DNA from: Promethearchaeota archaeon
GTDB taxonomy: Archaea; Asgardarchaeota; Lokiarchaeia; Sigyniarchaeales; SOKP01
DNA length: 45,441 nucleotides
Assembly: GCA_019894975.1 (NCBI GenBank)
Contig: JAGXNO010000031.1
Location: forward strand, 1-45,441
Reading direction: 5' to 3'
The notes beneath the pieces are model-generated. The model did not search any database and was not told the origin of the DNA. It saw only the letters and a list, made by a program, of their open reading frames with translations. The position numbers were made by a program, and so were the translations under genes. Below, piece after piece: positions 1-10,262 of this stretch; within the stretch, counting starts at the first letter, position 1, and every line of letters starts with the position of its first letter.

Positions 1-102
1 ATTAACGGGCTCTTGGTTTTTGCTACTATAATACTTCTTTCAGGAAATTTAGTTGCAGATGTTATGTATACTATTATTGATCCGAGAATAACATACGCAT
101 AA
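1..102 (+). CDS. dppB: 3' end of Dpp/Opp-type ABC permease (DppB-like), partial
   Basis: Frame 1 reads INGLLVFATIILLSGNLVADVMYTIIDPRITYA*, the typical NLxxDxxYxxxDPRI C-terminus of OppB/DppB; directly upstream of a DppC-like gene. Confidence 0.85.
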   Translation: MNGLLVFATIILLSGNLVADVMYTIIDPRITYA

Positions 103-126
103 AATAAAATTGAGAGGTTATTAAAG

Positions 127-1122
127 ATAACAGAACAAACTTTTATAGGGGATATTGCTGATAAACAATCTGAATCACCAACGAAAAAACAATTTTTTCG
201 ATATTTAAGATTTTATTTAATTCTTGGTTGGCGAGACCCTGAGTTCTCTTCTCAAGAATATCAAATAGAAAAAATAAAATCCAAAAGGAAAAGGTTTCGA
301 CGCCTTCTTAGACCTTTAACAATTACAGGATTCGTAATGCTCATATTCATTTTGGTATTAGCAGTATATAGTCCTTGGTTAACTTACATTAAATTAGACG
401 AACTAGTAATACCCTATATTCCTCCTGGAGAAACCCCTTTTGATTCTCCAACAGCGGACCATCCGTTAGGGACAACAAAGTATGGATATGATGTTTTAGC
501 AAGAATTATTTGGGGAAGTAGAACCACAATTTTAATGGCATTAATCCCTGTAACTATCGCAATTGGAGGGGGTCTTATCTTAGGAACGATATCAGCATAT
601 TTTGGTGGCACTGTTGATTATCTTATGATGCGTTTTGTAGATTTAATGTATGCATTTCCAAACTTGGTTCTTGTCATCATAATCGTTCCTATATTGGGAC
701 AAGCGTTATTAACTAGTCTTGTAATTTACGGAATTCTTTTTATACCATATAATATCAGGTTTATGCGATCACTTGTTTTACAAGTAAAGCAACTGGAATT
801 TATTCAAGCAGCAAAAGCAGGTGGTGCGCAAAAATTCAAAGTGATGTTTAAACATATTATACCAAATGCAATTTCTCCTATGATAATAGCTTTTTTTGGA
901 GGAGCAGCGGTTGCTGTATTAGGTCTAGCAGGTCTGGCTTTTATAGGATTTGGAGACCCGACTGTTGCTAGTTGGGGAACTGATATTAACTGGGCTGGAG
1001 CTACATTTAGCAATGTCAATGCTGCTGTTTGGCCTGGATTATTTATAGGAATAACAGCTATAGGATTTATGCTCATAGGAGATGGATTGCGAGATGCATT
1101 AGATCCACGATTAAACATATAA
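127..1122 (+). CDS. dppC: Dpp/Opp-type ABC permease (DppC-like); probable ATA start at 127 (ORF track starts at 337)
   Basis: HPLGT..GYDVLARIIWG, EAA-like loop EFIQAAKAGGA, GDGLRDALDPR terminus. The frame is open upstream of 337 with an OppC N-terminal-like RRLLRPLTITG and an SD-like GAGAGGT at 112-118. Confidence 0.9.
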   Translation: MTEQTFIGDIADKQSESPTKKQFFRYLRFYLILGWRDPEFSSQEYQIEKIKSKRKRFRRLLRPLTITGFVMLIFILVLAVYSPWLTYIKLDELVIPYIPPGETPFDSPTADHPLGTTKYGYDVLARIIWGSRTTILMALIPVTIAIGGGLILGTISAYFGGTVDYLMMRFVDLMYAFPNLVLVIIIVPILGQALLTSLVIYGILFIPYNIRFMRSLVLQVKQLEFIQAAKAGGAQKFKVMFKHIIPNAISPMIIAFFGGAAVAVLGLAGLAFIGFGDPTVASWGTDINWAGATFSNVNAAVWPGLFIGITAIGFMLIGDGLRDALDPRLNI

Positions 1123-1171
1123 AAAAGAGGGATTAAAGGTTTTAACTATATTATATCAAGCATCATATGGA

Positions 1172-3088
1172 TTGAATTATGGAATGGCTTTAATTGAATC
1201 AATTATTTCATTTCTCATTTTACTCTTTATATCAAATTTTATCCATAAACAAATTCCTGAAGAACAAAAAATCTTAAGAAAGCTTCATAGAAAGAGCTCG
1301 CTCGTAATTAGTCTCATAGTTTTTGGCATAATATTTGGTATTAGGGCTCTTCTTGAAACTCTAGGTTCATTTTTTTCCCTTTTTTTAATAATCAATAATG
1401 ATGCTTTAATGTTTGCAATTATGGCAACACTATTTTATTTTCTGTATAAAGAATTGGTGTTTAAACAAGAAACATTTGGAACTATAAGAAAGGAACTTTT
1501 TAGTGGTCCATTTCTAAAAATATTTAGATTATTTTTTATAATATGTTGGATAATTGCCGGTATATTCCTTTCAATTTCTCTCCTAAGAATTAGAATGAAT
1601 AACCCTGATATTTTTAACCTTGGATTTATATGGGCAACATTAGCTATATTATTTGATATGATCATCACAATTATAATAAATACTACTCGTCCAATTGAGA
1701 AACGCATTCCTAAAGAAATTCTTAAATACTCTATGTTTACTGGTGGGCTTATCTCATTTGGTATTTGGTCAATACAACTAATAATCTTTGAATTGTATCT
1801 AAATAGACTGCTTGGATTAATGCTATTCGAACAAGATATTCGTATACTCTTTGGGGTAATTAGTGCTATATATGGCTCAATAGTTTATGTAGCTTTGAAA
1901 AAGATATTTCTACCTGCAGCTGAGGAAAAGAGTCAGTTAAAAGTTCAAAAAGCAACTGAAATAGTTAAAGAGGAATCTGTACAAGATTTTACTTTAGGAG
2001 GGAACCACGCGATTCTTGACGTGAAAGATCTCACTACTTACTTTTATACTGAAGAGGGTACTGTTCGCGCTGTAGAAGGTGTTTCTTTTAAGGTATATGA
2101 AGGAGAAGTTCTTGGTCTTGTGGGTGAAACTGGTTGTGGGAAATCTGTAACTGCATTATCTATTCTTCGTGTTATTCGACCTCCTGGAAAAATTGAGAAA
2201 GGAAATGTTATTTTTAGAGGGGAAAATCTATTAATTAAACCTGAATCTGAAATGTTAAAATATCGTGGTAAAGATATTACAATGATATTTCAAGATCCAC
2301 TCAATTCTCTTAATCCTGTTTTTAGAATAGGTAAACAAATCTCTGAAGTATTTTTATTGCATATGGAGAATGAAATGCTTGCTGAAGCTTCCAAATTTCC
2401 CGATAAAACCATATATGGTGTTGCTCGAGAATGGAGTATAGATCTTTTAAGAGAATTGAATATCCCCTTTCCTCAAGTAATTATTGATCGATACCCTCAT
2501 GAGCTAAGTGGAGGTATGCGACAAAGAGTCCAGATTGCTATAGCTCTTGCATGTAGACCTAAATTATTAATCGCTGACGAACCTACTACTGCTCTAGATG
2601 TCACAATCCAGAACCAGATTCTAAAACTGATGAAAGAACTCGGTAAGAAATATAATACAACTATATTATTTATTACTCACGATCTTGGGATTATCTCTAA
2701 AATGTGTAATCGTGTTGCTGTGATGTATTGTGGCTCCATTGTTGAATATGGAGACATAAAAAAATTATTTACTAAACCTTATCACCCTTACACCAGAGGA
2801 CTTATAGCTTCTGTTCCTGTTATGAGGGAAAGGCAACAAGAACTTGAAGTTATACCTGGAATGGTACCAAATTTAATTTACCCCCCCTTAGGATGTAGAT
2901 TTCATCCTAGATGTCGTTATTGTTTCGAGCCTTGTGATTCAAAAGCCCCAATCCAAATTGAGATTGAATCTGGATATTTTGTAGCGTGTCATCTTTATGA
3001 TCCAGAATATGAAAGTTTAGCTAAAATTTCTATAAAGAAAATCGAAGATATATCAGAAAAATTAGAGGTTATTAATGATCATGGTTGA
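1172..3088 (+). CDS. dppD: DppD/OppD-type ABC ATPase fused to an N-terminal multi-pass membrane domain
   Basis: [28 protein letters not shown]-terminal GCRFHPRC...VACH; first ~260 aa contain several hydrophobic segments. Confidence 0.9.
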   Translation: MNYGMALIESIISFLILLFISNFIHKQIPEEQKILRKLHRKSSLVISLIVFGIIFGIRALLETLGSFFSLFLIINNDALMFAIMATLFYFLYKELVFKQETFGTIRKELFSGPFLKIFRLFFIICWIIAGIFLSISLLRIRMNNPDIFNLGFIWATLAILFDMIITIIINTTRPIEKRIPKEILKYSMFTGGLISFGIWSIQLIIFELYLNRLLGLMLFEQDIRILFGVISAIYGSIVYVALKKIFLPAAEEKSQLKVQKATEIVKEESVQDFTLGGNHAILDVKDLTTYFYTEEGTVRAVEGVSFKVYEGEVLGLVGETGCGKSVTALSILRVIRPPGKIEKGNVIFRGENLLIKPESEMLKYRGKDITMIFQDPLNSLNPVFRIGKQISEVFLLHMENEMLAEASKFPDKTIYGVAREWSIDLLRELNIPFPQVIIDRYPHELSGGMRQRVQIAIALACRPKLLIADEPTTALDVTIQNQILKLMKELGKKYNTTILFITHDLGIISKMCNRVAVMYCGSIVEYGDIKKLFTKPYHPYTRGLIASVPVMRERQQELEVIPGMVPNLIYPPLGCRFHPRCRYCFEPCDSKAPIQIEIESGYFVACHLYDPEYESLAKISIKKIEDISEKLEVINDHG

Positions 3089-4823
3089 TTTAAAAGAAAC
3101 TATCATAATTCCCGTTATTTTTTCCATACTAGGATTTTTTATAATGAGAGGTTTTATACGATCAAAGAGATGGGAGAATTCAGTGAATATTGCACTCGTA
3201 ACAAATTCGATTTGGTTGATCTTTAGTCTGATTCGATTTGGTAATTCGATTTTATTGGTCTTCACTTATATCATTACCAATTCTTTCATTGATTCCTATT
3301 TTTTACAGCTTTTAATAAATGCAATACTATTTATACCCATTGGTGTATTAATCTTATGGGGATTTTATAAAAAAGACTTATTCGAGTCATTTACAGTTGC
3401 TAGCCTTGTCCAAGCTGCTATATTGGTAATATCGCTTTTTTTAAGCAATATTCAAAGAATTCTTAAAATCTGGTTAATAGAAGGAAATGATGATTTAGAT
3501 GGTTCTAAATTTACATTTACTTTTGCCCTACTCTTTCTTTTAGGGATATCTATTCTTATAGCTTATTGGGGAGATAAGATACAATTAGTGCGATATAGAA
3601 TAACTTTTGTTCTTAGCAGTATTTTACCTGGGATTTATTATTTAATGACCTCATTTATTACCTTGCATGAAAACTTTCTTAATAATGCTTTTATTAGTAT
3701 TTTTATTAGTTTTATAATTGCGATCATTTCTATTCTTATTGTAAAAATAATTGCTTACCAAACTATAGAGTTCAAAGAACTCAGAGGGTTGACTGTTCTT
3801 GAGAAAGGTAAAGAATTACTAACTGTAAAAGATCTCAAAATACATTATCCGCTTTTTAAGGGAACCCTTAAAAGACAAATTGGACTTGTTAAAGCAGTTA
3901 ATGGGGTCTCATTCAGCATAAAAACCGGTGAAACGCTTGGTTTAGTGGGAGAAAGTGGATGTGGGAAAACAACAATTGCTAAAGGACTTCTAGGTTTGGT
4001 AGAAAAAACAGAAGGAGAGATGTTTTTCGAAGATAAGCTGGTCCCTCCTGAATATACTGCATATTTAAGACATAGAATACAAATGGTTTTCCAAGATCCA
4101 GATGCATCCTTAAATCCACGTATGAAGGTAGTTGACATAATAGCAGAACCACTTAGGAATTTACTTGCTATTACTAATAAACTAGAGATCAGAAGACGCG
4201 TTTTAAGATTGTTAGACGAAGTTTCCTTAAAACGAGAGCATATGGATCGCTATCCTCATGAATTTTCTGGTGGTCAGAAGCAAAGAATTGTTATCGCTAG
4301 AGCATTAGCTTGCAATCCAGAATTGATAATTTTAGATGAACCTACTTCTGCTCTTGATGTATCAGTTCAAGCACAAATTCTTAATCTTCTTAGAAATTTG
4401 CAAGCAACATATGGATATGGATTTCTGTTTATTACTCACAATTTAGCTGTTGTAAACTATATTGCTAATCGTATAGCCGTCATGTATCTTGGGCAAATTG
4501 TCGAAGTTGGAAGTAAAGAACAAGTTTTTACAAAACCAACTCATCCATACACCCAAGCACTTCTTTCTTCACATTCTGACATAGATCCTTACAATCAAGA
4601 GATCAGTTTTGTTATTGAAGGAGAAGTACCAAGCCCTATAGCACCTCCACCGGGATGTACTTTTAATCCACGTTGCTCTTCAGATGCACGCACTAAAGAA
4701 TGTGAACATGATTTACCTCATAAGATAAATATCGAGGAAGGGCATTATATCTGGTGTGTCAATCCTCCTACATCAATGCAATCAGAAAATCAAGAATCTA
4801 AAGAGAGTTTATCCTTAGAATAA
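3075..4823 (+). CDS. dppF: DppF/OppF-type ABC ATPase fused to an N-terminal multi-pass membrane domain
   Basis: GESGCGKT, FSGGQKQR, ILDEPTSALDVSVQAQILNLL, GCTFNPRC; first ~230 aa hydrophobic; overlaps the previous gene. Confidence 0.9.
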   Translation: MIMVDLKETIIIPVIFSILGFFIMRGFIRSKRWENSVNIALVTNSIWLIFSLIRFGNSILLVFTYIITNSFIDSYFLQLLINAILFIPIGVLILWGFYKKDLFESFTVASLVQAAILVISLFLSNIQRILKIWLIEGNDDLDGSKFTFTFALLFLLGISILIAYWGDKIQLVRYRITFVLSSILPGIYYLMTSFITLHENFLNNAFISIFISFIIAIISILIVKIIAYQTIEFKELRGLTVLEKGKELLTVKDLKIHYPLFKGTLKRQIGLVKAVNGVSFSIKTGETLGLVGESGCGKTTIAKGLLGLVEKTEGEMFFEDKLVPPEYTAYLRHRIQMVFQDPDASLNPRMKVVDIIAEPLRNLLAITNKLEIRRRVLRLLDEVSLKREHMDRYPHEFSGGQKQRIVIARALACNPELIILDEPTSALDVSVQAQILNLLRNLQATYGYGFLFITHNLAVVNYIANRIAVMYLGQIVEVGSKEQVFTKPTHPYTQALLSSHSDIDPYNQEISFVIEGEVPSPIAPPPGCTFNPRCSSDARTKECEHDLPHKINIEEGHYIWCVNPPTSMQSENQESKESLSLE

Positions 4824-4947
4824 ACTAGTTCTGAGTTCTTATAGCTTTTTTTCATATATTTTATTGTAAATTTTACACATTTTAAGATTTTCATGATAGA
4901 CTAGTACTTATTAAGAATAGTGATATACTATTACCATAAGATATAAA

Positions 4948-4968
4948 TAAATTTACGTTGTATATTTA
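4948..4968. promoter_or_regulatory. Candidate palindromic operator upstream of GRE1
   Basis: TAAATTTAC-GTT-GTATATTTA, abutting a TATA-like element; similar copies at 7572 and 11282. Confidence 0.5.
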
Positions 4969-4997
4969 AATAACAAAAATAAAAACAGGTAAGAATT

Positions 4998-7427
4998 ATG
5001 GTTGTTCAAGATATTAAAATGGCTGCTCTTCAGGGGATTCCTACAGAGAGGGTTCGAAAAATTAGGGATAAAATGTTGTCTCAACCTTTCGAATATGATC
5101 TTGAGCGAGCTCGATGCTATTCGAGAATTTGGAAACAGATGGAAGATGCTCATCCCCTTATGAAAAAAGCGAAGGCATTAGAGGAATTCTTACACTGCCT
5201 TCCTATAAGGATCGATAGTGATGAGCTTCTTGTTGGAGTAAAATCCAGCAAAATAAGAGCTGATCCATTCGAAATAGAACTCGGAAGGCACGTTCGAACT
5301 TACGATTTTCTCTTAGATGACTCAATAGACGAAGAATCTAAAGATTATTTCCGTAGACATAATCCTATCCTTAGGCGTTATGTTCCTTTTTCAGAGCAAG
5401 AGCTTAACGAGTTAAAAAATGACATTATCCCCGTTTGGAAAGGGAAGACATTAGCTGACCGAAAGAAAGAACTCTGGAAGGAAGCAGGCTTATTAAAAGA
5501 GAAAAAGGGATTTATGGAACGAGCTATGAGCTGGATCAATCCATTTTATGCAGAAATGCAGGGACATACCATTCCGGGTTATAGACGTGTTCTTAAAATA
5601 GGATTTAAAGGAATAGAAAAGAGAACTAGGGGAGAACTAGAGAATCTTAAAGAGAATGATGAGGATTATGAAAATCGCAAGGTATTCTATGAATCAGTTC
5701 AGGTTTGTGCAAAAGCAGTTTGTGATTATTCCAATCGTTATGCAGATCTGGCAGTGGAAATGGCTGAAAACGCATCAGAACATAGAAAAGCAGAACTTTT
5801 AGATATTGCTGAACGGGCAAGACGAGTACCAGCCCTCCCGCCTAGAACATTTATGGAAGCACTTCAATCAGTATGGATGACCAATGTTGTTATGGAAATG
5901 AGTTATGGTGAAGGAAACATATTTTCTCAAGGGCGTGTAGACCAATATCTTTATCCATATTATGCCGCTGATTTAGCCATAGGACGTATTACTTATGGAG
6001 AAGCTTTAGAAGCCATTGAAGAATACTTAGTTAAACTTGCTTCTGTTGTTATTGCAGGACAGAATAATATAACTATTGGGGGATTAGATAAAGATGGAAA
6101 GGATGCTACGAATGACGTATCATACTTGTTTCTCGAAGCAATTGCAAATGTAAAAAGTCTGTTGAATACATTATCGATACGGATCTCTCCCAAAACGCCC
6201 CGAGATTTTGTGAAACGAGTTTGTGAAACGTATCGATTTACTGCAGGAATGGGAATTCATAATGATGAAATTTTAGTACCGCAACTTCAAAAAGATGGTT
6301 ATTCGTTGGAAGATGCTCGAGACTATTCACTTGTAGGGTGTGTAGAACCTCACGGAACTGGAAATGATTTTTCTTATACAGCAGGCAATGGTGTCAGGTT
6401 ATCAATTGTTTTACATTTGGCTTTAAATGAAGGACGGATTCTTGTAGCTGGGAATCGCCAATTTGGTGCAAAAACTCCTGATCCAAGCACTTTTAAAACT
6501 TTTGAAGATGTGAAGCAGGCTTTTGTAGATCAGCTTTCTTTTGGAGTAGACTTAGTTGTGAAAAAGGCAGAGTTAAAAGATCGAGCTTTTGCTGAAGGAT
6601 TTCCCTCCCCATTGCTATCATCTACAATAGAGGGATGTCTAGAGAGTGGAAAAGATGTAACTCGAAATGGAGCGCGCTATAATAACAACCCTATAGGTTG
6701 CCAAGCTTTAGCAACTGTAACTAATTCACTAGCAGCAATTCGCTGGGCAGTATTCGAAAAAAAATTATTAACAATGGGAGAATTAGCTGCACATCTCCGA
6801 AATAATTTCAAAGGAGCAGACAAACTTAAGGAACTATTAAGAAACAAGGCTCCTAAATATGGTAATGGTGATGAAAGGGTAGACGAGTTAGCAAAATGGG
6901 TGGCAAATACTTTATGTGATATTGTGAGAAAACATCCTGCGAGAGGTGGTGCCGGTATATATCGCCCATGTCTTGTATCTTCTGGACTTAATATTCTTGA
7001 GGGTAGAATGTTAGGGGCAACTCCCGATGGAAGATTATCTGGTGAAGCCGTATCTAACGGTATCTCTCCTGCAAACGGGACAGAAAAAAATGGGCTTACT
7101 ATGACGCTCCGATCAGTAGCCTTCGCAACACGTGATGCTCTTCTAACCGATGGAGCAACAATGAATGTAAGAATCACTCCTAGTTTAATAGAAACAGATG
7201 ATGGTATAGATAAATTAACTTCTATAGTAGAAGCTTATTTAGAGTTAGGGGGAAGAGAGCTTCAGATTAATCCAATAAGCTCAGAAACACTAAAAGACGC
7301 ACAAGCTCATCCAGAGAAGTATCCCGACTTATCAGTTAAGGTCACAGGTTACTCCGCTCGGTTCATAGAAGTGGGTAGAAGTCTTCAAAATGACATCATC
7401 GCCCGTACAGTATTTAATGAATTATAA
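4998..7427 (+). CDS. Glycyl radical enzyme (PFL2/glycerol dehydratase-like family), paralog 1
   Basis: 809 aa; Cys loop GCVEP, Gly loop SVKVTGYS, GRVDQYLYPYY, PKYGN, ATPDGR. Confidence 0.92.
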   Translation: MVVQDIKMAALQGIPTERVRKIRDKMLSQPFEYDLERARCYSRIWKQMEDAHPLMKKAKALEEFLHCLPIRIDSDELLVGVKSSKIRADPFEIELGRHVRTYDFLLDDSIDEESKDYFRRHNPILRRYVPFSEQELNELKNDIIPVWKGKTLADRKKELWKEAGLLKEKKGFMERAMSWINPFYAEMQGHTIPGYRRVLKIGFKGIEKRTRGELENLKENDEDYENRKVFYESVQVCAKAVCDYSNRYADLAVEMAENASEHRKAELLDIAERARRVPALPPRTFMEALQSVWMTNVVMEMSYGEGNIFSQGRVDQYLYPYYAADLAIGRITYGEALEAIEEYLVKLASVVIAGQNNITIGGLDKDGKDATNDVSYLFLEAIANVKSLLNTLSIRISPKTPRDFVKRVCETYRFTAGMGIHNDEILVPQLQKDGYSLEDARDYSLVGCVEPHGTGNDFSYTAGNGVRLSIVLHLALNEGRILVAGNRQFGAKTPDPSTFKTFEDVKQAFVDQLSFGVDLVVKKAELKDRAFAEGFPSPLLSSTIEGCLESGKDVTRNGARYNNNPIGCQALATVTNSLAAIRWAVFEKKLLTMGELAAHLRNNFKGADKLKELLRNKAPKYGNGDERVDELAKWVANTLCDIVRKHPARGGAGIYRPCLVSSGLNILEGRMLGATPDGRLSGEAVSNGISPANGTEKNGLTMTLRSVAFATRDALLTDGATMNVRITPSLIETDDGIDKLTSIVEAYLELGGRELQINPISSETLKDAQAHPEKYPDLSVKVTGYSARFIEVGRSLQNDIIARTVFNEL

Positions 7428-7571
7428 AATTTCTTTTAATAATTCCTTTTTTTTAAAATTTTTAAATGGTAAAAAAATAATTTATTATAAAGAATAGCTT
7501 TCTTCTAACTTTTTTGCCACATCATATTATCTTTTTTTTAAGGTTTTTTCTGAATTACAATAATTTATAAA

Positions 7572-7592
7572 TAAATATACAAAGTTAATTTA
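7572..7592. promoter_or_regulatory. Candidate palindromic operator upstream of GRE2
   Basis: TAAATATAC-AAA-GTTAATTTA overlapping TATA-like TTTATAAATA. Confidence 0.45.
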
Positions 7593-7618
7593 AATAATAA
7601 CAAAACAATATATGTATT

Positions 7619-10069
7619 ATGGTAATTCAAGGTATTAAAATGACCCCTCTTCAAGGGATTCCTTCAGAGAGGGTTCGAAAGATTAGAGATAGAATGCTAT
7701 CTATGCCTAGAGAACTTGATATTGAGCGGGCACGGTGTTATACAAGAATATACAAACAAATGGAAGATGCTCCGCCCTGTATACAGAATGTTAAAGCATT
7801 AGAGGAATTCTTACAATGTCTTCCAATAAGGATTGATGAAGATGAACTTCTTGTAGGCGTAAAGTCTAGTAAAATAAGAGCTGACCCAATTGAAATAGAA
7901 CGTGGAATGCGTGCCAATATTTTTGGGTTCATCTTTAATGATTCAATAGATAAAAAAATAAGAGATGGTTTCAGTAAAAGTTTCACGTTTATAAATCGAT
8001 ATGTCCCCTTACCCGAGCAAGAACTTGATGAGTTGAAAAATGAAATTATCCCGTTCTGGAAAGGAAGGACTGTAATGGATCGTAAGTTAGAATACTGGAG
8101 AAAAGCAGGTTTAGCTGAGGAATCAAAGGGCTCTATGGATCTTGCAAGTGCTTTTGGTGTTTCTATGGGGGGAACCGATTTATTTGGATCTGCTGTGGGT
8201 CAAGGACATGTGGTTCCGGGTTATAGACGAGTTCTTAGAATGGGATTTAGAGGAATTGAAAAAATGGCAGAAGAAGGACTTGCGAAACTTAAGGAGACAG
8301 ATGAAAATTATGACCATCGCAAGGATTTTTATGAATCAGTCGTAGTGGCAGCAAGAGCGGTCTGTGATTATTCCAATCGCTATACTGATCTCGCAATGGA
8401 AATGGCGGAAAATGCACCAGAAACAAGAAAGGCTGAACTTTTAGATATTGCTGAACGTACAAGACGAGTTCCCGCCCTCCCACCCAGAACATTCATGGAA
8501 GCACTTCAATCTGTATGGATGACTAATGTCGTTATGGAAATGAGCTATGGTGAAGGAAATATATTTTCACAGGGACGAGTAGATCAGTATCTTTACCCAT
8601 ATTATGCCGCTGATTTAGCCGAAGGACGTATTATTTATGAGGAAGCTTTAGAGGCAATTGAGGAATATTTAGTTAAACTTGCTTCAGTTGTTATCGCAGG
8701 CCAAAATAATGTAACTATTGGGGGATTAGATAAGGATGGAAATGATGCCACAAATGATGTGTCTTATATGTTTCTCGAGGCTATTGCAAATGTAAAAAGT
8801 CTGTTGAATACGTTATCGATACGAATTTCTTCTAAGTCACCTCGTGATTTTATGAATAGAACTATTGAAGCTTTTAAATATACCGCCGGAATGGGAATTC
8901 ATAATGATGAAGTTTTAGTACCGCAGCTTCATAATACAGGATATTCATTAGAAGATGCCCGAGATTATTCACTCGTAGGGTGTGTAGAACCAACGGGTAC
9001 AGGAAATGATTTCTCTTATACAGCAGGTAATGCCATTCAGATTTCAATCCTTCTTAACATGGCATTAAATGAAGGACGTACTATTTTATCAGGAAATCGA
9101 ACTGTTGGGGCAAAAACACCCCCAGCTAAGAGTTTTAAATCTTTTGAAGATGTGAAGAAAGCTTATGTAGACCAGCTTAAATTTGCTATAGATCTTGTTG
9201 TGAAAAAGGCTGAGTTAAAGGATAAAGCATTTGCTGATTATCTACCTTCCCCATTGCTTTCATCTACCATAGAAGGATGTCTCGAAAGCGGAATGGATGC
9301 AACTCGAAATGGAGCTAAATATAATAATAACCCTATGGGTTCACAAGGAATAGCAACTGTAACTAATTCCTTAGCAGCAATTCGCTGGGCAGTATTTGAA
9401 GAAAAATTATTGACAATGGAAGAATTAGTTAACCATATGAACAATAATTTCAGGGGAGCAGAAGAACTTCGAGAAAAATTACGAAATAAAGCTCCTAAAT
9501 ATGGTAATGGTGATGAGCGAACAGATGACATAGCAAAATGGATTGCAACTACCCTATGTGATCTTACAAGAAAATATAAAGCGAGAGGTGGTGATGGCAT
9601 ATATCATAATTGCCTCGTATCTGCTGGAACTCAGATTAGAGAGGGTAAAGGATTAGGGGCAACTGCAGATGGAAGATTATTAGGTGAACCCGTGGCAAAC
9701 GGTATTTCTCCTGCAAATGGTACAGAAAAGAATGGGCTTACCATGGCACTACGATCAGTAGCTTATGCTACAGGTGAACCTCATTTAACTAATGGAGCGT
9801 CAATGAACATAAGAATTAATCCCAGCTTAATACAGACAGAAGAAGGAGTCGATCAATTAGCTTCTATAGTAGAGGCTTATTTAGAGTTGAGAGGACGAGA
9901 GCTTCAGATTAATCCAATAAGTTCAGAAATATTGAGAGACGCACAAGCTCATCCAGAAAATTATTCTGACCTATCAGTTAAGGTCACAGGTTACTCCGCT
10001 CGATTCATAGATATCACGAAAGAGCTTCAAGATGATCTTATCGACAGAACCGTGTTCAGTGAATTATAA
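7619..10069 (+). CDS. Glycyl radical enzyme (PFL2/glycerol dehydratase-like family), paralog 2
   Basis: 816 aa; GCVEP, SVKVTGYS; long stretches identical to paralog 1. Confidence 0.92.
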   Translation: MVIQGIKMTPLQGIPSERVRKIRDRMLSMPRELDIERARCYTRIYKQMEDAPPCIQNVKALEEFLQCLPIRIDEDELLVGVKSSKIRADPIEIERGMRANIFGFIFNDSIDKKIRDGFSKSFTFINRYVPLPEQELDELKNEIIPFWKGRTVMDRKLEYWRKAGLAEESKGSMDLASAFGVSMGGTDLFGSAVGQGHVVPGYRRVLRMGFRGIEKMAEEGLAKLKETDENYDHRKDFYESVVVAARAVCDYSNRYTDLAMEMAENAPETRKAELLDIAERTRRVPALPPRTFMEALQSVWMTNVVMEMSYGEGNIFSQGRVDQYLYPYYAADLAEGRIIYEEALEAIEEYLVKLASVVIAGQNNVTIGGLDKDGNDATNDVSYMFLEAIANVKSLLNTLSIRISSKSPRDFMNRTIEAFKYTAGMGIHNDEVLVPQLHNTGYSLEDARDYSLVGCVEPTGTGNDFSYTAGNAIQISILLNMALNEGRTILSGNRTVGAKTPPAKSFKSFEDVKKAYVDQLKFAIDLVVKKAELKDKAFADYLPSPLLSSTIEGCLESGMDATRNGAKYNNNPMGSQGIATVTNSLAAIRWAVFEEKLLTMEELVNHMNNNFRGAEELREKLRNKAPKYGNGDERTDDIAKWIATTLCDLTRKYKARGGDGIYHNCLVSAGTQIREGKGLGATADGRLLGEPVANGISPANGTEKNGLTMALRSVAYATGEPHLTNGASMNIRINPSLIQTEEGVDQLASIVEAYLELRGRELQINPISSEILRDAQAHPENYSDLSVKVTGYSARFIDITKELQDDLIDRTVFSEL

Positions 10070-10095
10070 ACTATATTTAAAATTTAATGGTTAAG

Positions 10096-10107
10096 TTTTT
10101 TTTTTTT
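10096..10107 (+). terminator. Oligo-T (T12) archaeal-type terminator candidate
   Basis: T12 run beginning 27 nt after the GRE2 stop. Confidence 0.4.
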
Positions 10108-10262
10108 ATAAATTTTACAATTTTTATTTTCCCTCCATAGCTTAAATCTTTAAAAACTCTTACATAAGTTTATATCATTGTTTAAGATGTGATATCAATA
10201 TTTGTATATAACAATAAAGAATTTTATTATTTAGGACGATATAGGAAATTTTTTTTTTCTAA

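Noticed and set aside
100-126. Stop readthrough fusing dppB and dppC (same frame)
   Set aside because: The stop is TAA after a canonical DppB terminus, and an SD-like site follows; separate initiation is simpler
4865-4932. Palindromes TGTAAA-T-TTTACA (4865-4877) and AATAGT-N5-ACTATT (4916-4932)
   Set aside because: Short, AT-rich and not convincingly repeated at other promoters
4998-10069. Calling the GREs pyruvate formate-lyase or alkyl/benzylsuccinate synthase
   Set aside because: No CC pair as in PFL; the Cys loop is GCVEP, unlike fumarate-adding enzymes; no small subunit genes are seen
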